Assembly (NCBI GenBank): GCA_964016885.1
Contig: OZ024756.1
Location: 11,594,001 to 11,658,000, forward strand
Source: Eledone cirrhosa
Lineage: Eukaryota
Direction of reading: 5' to 3'
DNA length: 64,000 nucleotides
In this document: piece after piece, positions 56,220 to 64,000 of the stretch
How the letters are laid out: each line of letters begins with the position of its first letter
Numbering within the stretch: position 1 is the stretch's first letter
Notes under the pieces: generated by a model
Told to the model about the DNA's origin: nothing
What the model saw: the letters and a program-made list of their open reading frames with translations, nothing else
Database searches by the model: none
Made by a program: the position numbers and the translations under genes

Positions 56220-58550
56220 CCAACAACCCATGTCCTATTATTCACCAGTCCTATATCTACATACCCAACAACCCATGTCCTATATCTATTCACCCAACAA
56301 CCCATGTCCTATTATTCACCAGTCCTATATCTATATACCCAACAACCCATGTCCTATTATTCACCAGTCCTATATCTATTCACCCAACAACCCATGTCCT
56401 ATTATTCACCAGTCCTATATCTATATACGCAACAACCCATGTCCTATTATTCACCAGCCCTATATCTATATACGCAACAACCCATGTCCTATTATTCACC
56501 AGTCCTATATCTATATACGCAACAACCCATGTCCTATTATTCACCAGCCCTATATCTATATACGCAACAACCCATGTCCTATTATTCACCAGTCCTATAT
56601 CTATATACCCAACAACCCATGTCCTATATCTATATACGCAACAACCCATGTCCTATTATTCACCAGTCTTATATCTATATACGCAACAACCCATGTCCTA
56701 TTATTCACCAGCCCTATATCTATATACGCAACAACCCATGTCCTATTATTCACCAGTCCTATATCTATATACCCAACAACCCATGTCCTATATCTATATA
56801 CGCAACAACCCATGTCCTATTATTCACCAGCCCTATATCTATATACGCAACAACCCATGTCCTATTATTCACCAGCCCTATATCTATATACGCAACAACC
56901 CATGTCCTATTATTCACCAGTCCTATATCTATATACCCAACAACCCATGTCCTATATCTATATACGCAACAACCCATGTCCTATTAATCACCAGTCCTAT
57001 ATCTATATACGCAACAACCCATGTCCTATTATTCACCAGCCCTATATCTATATACGCAACAACCCATGTCCTATTATTCACCAGTCCTATATCTATATAC
57101 CCAACAACCCATGTCCTATATTTATATACGCAACAACCCATGTCCTATTATTCACCAGCCCTATATCTATATACGCAACAACCCATGTCCTATTATTCAC
57201 CAGCCCTATATCTATATATGCAACAACCCATGTCCTATTATTCACCAGTCCTATATCTATATACGCAACAACCCATGTCCTATTATTCACCAGCCCTATA
57301 TCTATATACGCAACAACCCATGTCCTATTATTCACCAGTCCTATATCTATATACGCAACAACCCATGTCCTATTATTCACCAGCCCTATATCTATATACG
57401 CAACAACCCATGTCCTATTATTCACCAGTCCTATATCTATATACCCAACAACCCATGTCCTATATCTATATACGCAACAACCCATGTCCTATTATTCACC
57501 AGTCCTATATCTATATACGCAACAACCCATGTCCTATTATTCACCAGTCCTATATCTATATACGCAACAACCCATGTCCTATTATTCACCAGCCCTATAT
57601 CTATATACGCAACAACCCATGTCCTATTATTCACCAGCCCTATATCTATATACGCAACAACCCATGTCCTATTATTCACCAGTCCTATATCTATATACCC
57701 AACAACCCATGTCCTATATCTATATACGCAACAACCCATGTCCTATTATTCACCAGTCCTATATCTATATACGCAACAACCCATGTCCTATTATTCACCA
57801 GTCCTATATCTATATACGCAACAACCCATGTCCTATTATTCACCAGTCCTATATCTATATACGCAACAACCCATGTCCTATTATTCACCAGTCCTATATC
57901 TATATACGCAACAATTCATGTCCTATTATTCACCAGTCCTATATCTATATATCCAACAACCCATGTCCTATTATTCACCAGTCCTATATCTACATACCCA
58001 ACAACCCATGTCCTATTATTCACCAGTCCTATACCCAACAACCCATGTCCTATTATTCACCAGTCCTATATCTATATACCCAACAACCCATGTCCTATTA
58101 TTCACCAGTCCTATATCTACATACCCAACAACCCATGTCCTATTATTCACCAGTCCTATATCTATACACCCAACAACCCATGTCCTATTATTATTCACCA
58201 GTCCTATACCCAACAACCCATGTCCTATTATTCACCAGTCCTATAGCCAACAACCCATGTCCTATTATTCACCAGTCCTATATCTATATACGCAACAACC
58301 CATGTCCTATTATTATTCACCAGTCCTATACCCAACAACCCATGTCCTATTATTCACCAGTCCTATATCTATACACCCAACAACCCATGTCCTATATCTA
58401 TACACCCAACAACCCATGTCCTATTATTCATCAGTCCTATATCTATACACCCAACAACCCATGTCCTATTATTCACCAGTCCTATAGCCAACAACCCATG
58501 TCCTATTATTCACCAGTCCTATATCTACACACCCAATAACTTATGTCCTA
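56220..58550. repeat. 45-bp satellite with 29-bp deletion variant
   Basis: caacaacccatgtcctattattcaccagtcctatatctatatacg; variant lacks the ttattcaccagtccta segment. Confidence 0.97.
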
Positions 58551-58875
58551 TTCAGGTCCCCCATTATTAATCTGGATAATACCAATTATGAAAATTATGC
58601 CAATTAAAATGCCAGATTTAAAGAAAGGTTGAAGTTCATTGTTTTAATGTCTAAAAGCTGAATGGTGGAGAAGGTGAATTTTGTTATACAATAGAAATAT
58701 ACGAACTCTGAAGACATTAATGTATTCTAAGAGTTGGTCAGTGACTAAACATATTGGTATCAGCTATTAGAAAGACTGCTTAATTAATTTTTGTATTCTA
58801 TTAATGAAATAGTTGAGCCAGAGATTAGATAAATTTCATTTCAGTTGTAGACATAAATTACTAGTGGATTCTTCA

Positions 58876-59572
58876 TTAACCCTTCACCATTCACATTGTG
58901 GAGGCACGTGGCTTAGTGGTTAGAGCATTGGCCTTGCAATCGAAAGGTTGTGAGTTCAATTCTCAGACCGGGTGATGTGTTGTTTCCTTGAGCAAGACAC
59001 TTTATTTCACATTGCTCCAGTTTACTCAGCTGTAGAAATGAGATGATAGGGACTGGGGTCCCTATCATTCCACTGCAAAGTAGTCGTGGAGGTGCCACGG
59101 CAAAAAAGCACCCAGCACTCACTGTAAAGGGGGTTGGTGTTAGGAAAGGCATCCAGCTGTAGAAATCAAGCCAGAATCAGTTCCCGTCCCACCCTTGCAA
59201 GCAGGGGAAAACGGACGTAAAATGATGATGATGATTGCAAGCAGGGAAAAGCGGACGTAAAATGAGGATGATGATTGCTCTATATTTACTATTGTATTTT
59301 CATGGTAAAGGCTTTACCTCATATAATTATCTCACAATATTACCGAGGTTAATTTTGCCTTTCATCCTTATGGGGTCGATAAAATAAAGTACCAGTAATA
59401 CACTGGAATAATTGCTGGCCTTGTGCCAAAAGTAGAAATAAATATCGAATCTATGAGATTTTGATATTTATTTTGAGAACAATACCATAACATCAGTATG
59501 AGGGGCAAGTTACAGCTGGTTTGAATAGAAAGAGATGAGAGAATTCTGGCCGGTTAAATGCTAAAGTGTTAA
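58876..59572 (-). mobile_element. piggyBac-type MITE carrying a nested SINE1 and a SINE2 fragment
   Basis: TTAA termini at 58876 and 59569; MITE sequence resumes after each insertion. Confidence 0.8.
58900..59274 (+). mobile_element. SINE family 1 with duplicated 3' tail
   Basis: ttgcaagcaggg...cggacgtaaaatga.gatgatg occurs twice. Confidence 0.9.
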
Positions 59573-59904
59573 CTCTGTCTTGAATCATTTCAAGAGTGAT
59601 AACATAAAATACCAGTCAGGTACTGGGGACAATTTAATTGACTTTCCTCTCCAAATTGCTGTCCTTGTAACTAAAGTAGAAACTGTTATTGGTGGATTCT
59701 GAGTTCAAATCCAGCAAGGTTAACTCTGCCTCTCATTGTTTCAAGATTGATAAAATAAAATACCAGTTATGCACAGGGGTTAGTAGTGTCTTTCATGAGA
59801 AATATGGTAACGAAAGGATGAAAGTATTTATATTTATTTAAAAACCTTCTGCCATAATATTACATAAAGAACCTTTAAATTCATGCTTCAAACACCATCT
59901 TAAT

Positions 59905-60223
59905 AATTGGTTCTATTTTTGGCACAAGGCCAGCAATTACCCAGTGTATTACTGGTACCTTGAATAAATAATTGTTTCTACTTTTGGCACAAGGCCAGCA
60001 ATTACCTAGTGTATTACTGGTACTTTGAATAAATAATTGTTTCTACTTTTGGCACAAGGCCAGCAATTATCCCAGTACATTACTGGTACTTTATTTTATC
60101 GACCCCGTAAGGATGAAAGGCAAAGTTAACCTCGGCGGGATTTGAACTCAGAATGGCAAGGGCCATAACTCTATGCTTCAAATCATGGTGTCTGACTCTC
60201 TACCAATACTGCCAATCCACCGC
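59905..60223 (-). mobile_element. SINE family 2 with tandemly triplicated 3' end
   Basis: ttttggcacaaggccagcaatta...tactggtac three times, then head. Confidence 0.85.
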
Positions 60224-60549
60224 TTAATAATGAGAAAGTTATATTACCAAATCTGCCCAAATTCTTGATTATTTTCAAAAATGATTTGAAAATCCTATCT
60301 AATAGGCAGTGTCATTCATGAGAAATATGGTGGAGGAAAGAGTTAAATTCTAAAGAAAGTAGCTGAGTGTATTTATTTCAGTGTAACAAGCTGTGAAGGA
60401 ATTTCATGATTCAATGGTTAGTACTAGAAAAGAAAATTGACTGAAAGCCAGTTTACATTCATGCAAATAGTTAAACTTACTGAACCATCTAAACCTTAAG
60501 AAGAAGACACAGATGGAGGAAGATGGGGTGTGATTTTAGCATACTGTTA

Positions 60550-61010
60550 GTGGTAGTGGTGGTGGTTGTAGTTGTGGTTGTAGTTGTGGTGGTGGAGGTT
60601 GTAGTTGTGGTGGTTGTAGTTGAGGTGGTGGTTGTTGTGGTTGTAGTGGTAGTAGTGGTGGTTGTAGTTGTGGTGGGTGGTTGTAGTGGTGGTGGTGGTG
60701 GTGATTGTAATTGTGGTGGTGGTGGTTGTAGTTGTGGTTGGGTGGTGGTTGTAGTTGAGGTGGTGGTTGTGGTGGTTGTAGTTGTGGTTGGGTGGTAGTT
60801 GTGGTGGTGGTGGTGGTGGTTGTAGTTGAGGTGGTGGTTGTAGTGGTGGTGGTGGTGGTTGTAGTTGTGGAGGTGGTGGTTGTGGTGGTTGTAGTTGTGG
60901 TTGGGTGGTGGTGGTGGTTGTAGTTGTGGTGGTGGTGGTTGCTGTAGTGGTAGTGGTGGTGGTTGTAGTTGTGGTTGTAGTGGTGGTGGTTGTAGTTGTG
61001 GTGGTAGTTG
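60550..61010. repeat. (GGT)/(GTA) low complexity
   Basis: Direct inspection. Confidence 0.9.
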
Positions 61011-61434
61011 TATCTATAACTTTGATAGGTTTCAGCCAGTATTGACCCAGTTCATGTCTAACTTAATTATATATATTAAAAAGTACTCTAGTCATGCCCA
61101 CCCTGTCTTTTGGATTGTACACTGCATTTTGAATTTAAATCCTGCAGAGTTGACCTTTCGGCGTCGGTAAATAAAATGCCAGTCCAGAGGTAAAACTGTT
61201 AAAGAGTTTGGTTGGAATTTAAATCCTGCTTCTGTCAGGAGAAAAAAAACGATTCTATCAGCAATGGAAAGATTTATGGAAACATTGTTTTTTTGTTTTT
61301 TGGGCTCCGATCTGTTGATTGATTCCTTTTGTATCCTTTTTTTAGGACAATATTATCTGATGAGGCTTTTGTAAGACTGTTGGCCATGGCTCCCATGTCT
61401 AACGGTGGGTGTAATTAATTAGTTGATACGAAGT

Positions 61435-61592
61435 AAATGTGGTTGGTGTTAGGAAGGGCATCCAGCCGTAGAAAACCAGCCAGACAGTCCTATGCGAGCA
61501 AGACAACCACTCTTGCCTCAAGTGGGAAAACTCACGTCCAAACCCATGCAAGCGTGGAATATGGACGTTAAACGATGATGATGATGATGATG
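61435..61592 (+). mobile_element. RTE-tail non-autonomous element fragment
   Basis: Matches 5428-5567; (GAT)n tail. Confidence 0.72.
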
Positions 61593-61670
61593 AAGTGGGT
61601 GCTGTTCTGGGGAAATTTAAAATACAACAGAGAAACTTCTAATTTTCTACAACAGCCTTTGTCCTAGTCC

Positions 61671-61918
61671 TTAACCCTTTACCATTTACATTACTCTATA
61701 TTTACCATTGTATCTTACATAATTATCTTACATAATTATCTTACATAATTATCTCACATAATTATCTCACATAATATCAAATCTATGAGATTTTGATGTT
61801 ATTTATTTTGAGAACAATACCTTAAAATCAGTATGAGTGACCAGTTACAGCTGGTTTGAACAGAAAGAGGTGATAGAATTCTGTCCAGATATGGCTGGTT
61901 TGAATGCTAAAGGGTTAA
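61671..61918 (-). mobile_element. piggyBac-type MITE with internal 13-bp tandem expansion
   Basis: TTAA termini; (atct.acataatt) repeated about 5 times. Confidence 0.85.
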
Positions 61919-62327
61919 TATTTCCTCTTCAACTAGGAATGATGTTTTTTTTGTTTTTTTTTTTCTTTTAAAGAACAGACATGGAGTTAGAGAACTGTTT
62001 ATTAAGACTTTCCTTACCATATTTCCAATGGAAGACATTTTGAAAAAAAAAAAAGATGGAGGAATTTAGTAAAATAAAATAAACTAATTTTCTCATCATT
62101 TTTGTGTGTTTGGAAGATAACTTTAAAGAAAGGTTCTTACATAAACATCTGATGGAATATTTAAAAAAAACAAATAATCAGTTTTGTATTGTAGAAGCAG
62201 GGACAGTTTTAGGCTGGTTGGTATGAAAAGGTTTAAAATTTGGTTGTGTTGAAGTTCTTCATATTTCTCTTAACTTTGGAATTCTTCCCTGAAAGTAAAC
62301 TAAACGCCTACAATAAGATGCTTCTGT

Positions 62328-62873
62328 AGTTCTACAATAAGATGCTTCTGTAGTTCTACAATAAGATGCTACTGTAGTTCTACAATAAGATGCTACTGTA
62401 GTTCTACAATAAGATGCTTCTGTAGTTCTACAATAAGATGCTTCTGTAGTTCTACAATAAGATGCTTCTGTAGTTTTACAATAAGATGCTACTGTAGTTC
62501 TATAAGATGCTACTGTAGTTCTATAAGATGCTACTGTAGTTCTACAATAAGATGCTTTTGTAGTTCTACAATAAGATGCTTCTGTAGTTCTACAATAAGA
62601 TGCTTCTGTAGTTCTACAATAAGATGCTTCTGTAGTTCTACAATAAGATGCTTCTGTAGTTCTACAATAAGATGCTTCTGTAGTTCTACAATAAGATGCT
62701 TCTGTAGTTCTACAATAAGATGCTTCTGTAGTTTTACAATAAGATGCTACTGTAGTTCTATAAGATGCTTCTATAGTTCTATAAGATGCTACTGTAGTTC
62801 TACAATAAGATGCTTTTGTAGTTCTACAATAAGATGCTTCTCTAGTTCTATAAGATGCTTCTTTAGTTCTACA
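62328..62873. repeat. 24-bp minisatellite tacaataagatgcttctgtagttc
   Basis: About 23 copies, with a 21-bp variant. Confidence 0.95.
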
Positions 62874-63018
62874 ACTAATTCTTTATTCTCCTTGTTCCTA
62901 GCAAAGAAATCATTATTTACCAATAAAACCTACTTCAATTTACTCCATCTTTTATTCAAAACTATTACAACAGCAACAACAATAATAATTAGTGATGGAA
63001 GGACTGGTGGTGCTGGGG

Positions 63019-63019
<1 letters not shown>

Positions 63020-63056
<37 letters not shown>

Positions 63057-63136
63057 GGCAGTAGTAGTAGTGGTAATAGCAGTAGTAGTAGTGGTGGTAG
63101 TAGTAGTAACAGTAATATTGGTGGTGGCAGTAGTAA

Positions 63137-63169
<33 letters not shown>

Positions 63170-63469
63170 CAGTAGTGGTAGTGGTGGTAGTAGTAGTAAC
63201 AGTAATATTGGTGGTGGCAGTAGTAATAGTAGTAGTAGTAGTAGTAGCAGTAGTGGTAGTGTAATGTTTGAAAGTCAATTGACTTCTTGCAAGTGAAGTC
63301 TTTACTGGATGTTAATTATTTGTGCATGAATTTGTATGGTAGAGATAGAGAGACTGTTTATGAGAGAGAGAGAGGGAGAGAGAGAGACTGTTTATGAGAG
63401 AGGGAGAGAGAGAGACTGTTTATGAGTGAGAGAGAGAGAGAGACTGTTTATGAGAGAGACTTAATGAGT

Positions 63470-63508
<39 letters not shown>

Positions 63509-64000
63509 TATGAGTGAGTGTGTGAGAGAGAGAGACTGTTTATGAGTGAGTGTGTGAGAAAGAGAGAGACTGTTTATGAGTGTGTGAGAGAGAGACTGTT
63601 TATGAGTGTGTGAGAGAGAGACTGTTTATGAGTGAGTGTGAGAGAGAGAGAGACTGTTTATGAGTGTGTGAGAGAGAGAGACTGTTTATGAGTGAGTGTG
63701 AGAGAGAGAGAGACTGTTTATGAGAGAGAGAGAGAGACTTAATGAGTGAGTGTGTGAGAGAGAGACTGTTTATGAGTGAGTGTGTGAGAGAGAGACTGTT
63801 TATGAGTGTGTGAGAGAGAGACTGTTTATGAGTGAGTGAGAGAGAGAGAGACTGTTTATGAGTGAGTGTGAGAAAGAGAGAGACTGTTTATGAGTGCGTG
63901 AGAGAGAGAGAGAGACTGTTTATGAGTGAGTGTGAGAGAGAGAGAGAGACTGTTTATGAGTGTGTGTGAGAGAGAGAGAGAGACTGTTTATGAGTGAGTG
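63020..64000. repeat. (AGT)n tract then (GA)n-ctgtttatgagtg minisatellite
   Basis: Direct inspection; runs off the window end. Confidence 0.93.

Noticed and set aside
56086-58539. 817-aa and overlapping long ORFs
   Set aside because: All three plus-strand frames are open because the 45-bp satellite lacks stops; not evidence of a protein

Overview
Eukaryotic, AT-rich, very microsatellite- and minisatellite-rich DNA. The repeat repertoire (tRNA-headed SINEs with RTE-type tails, RTE/CR1-group/R4-type LINE fragments, TTAA MITEs, Helitron-like elements) resembles a cephalopod (octopus-like) genome; that assignment is an inference. No host protein gene is recognised with confidence. The only clear protein domain is a 5'-truncated RTE reverse transcriptase (35525-36997), and nearly all long ORFs in the track are simple-repeat artefacts. 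The main hidden signal is a set of type I hammerhead ribozyme motifs with palindromic stem III (5164+, 12826-, 21653-, 30904-/31077+, 32348-, 53392-). They belong to about five unrelated short-element families, mostly sitting in (TA)n tracts. There are also fold-back 'half-hammerhead' palindromes, and one hammerhead inside a 501-bp greater-than-unit-length repeat (retrozyme/Penelope-pLTR-like). All folding and alignment was done by eye.
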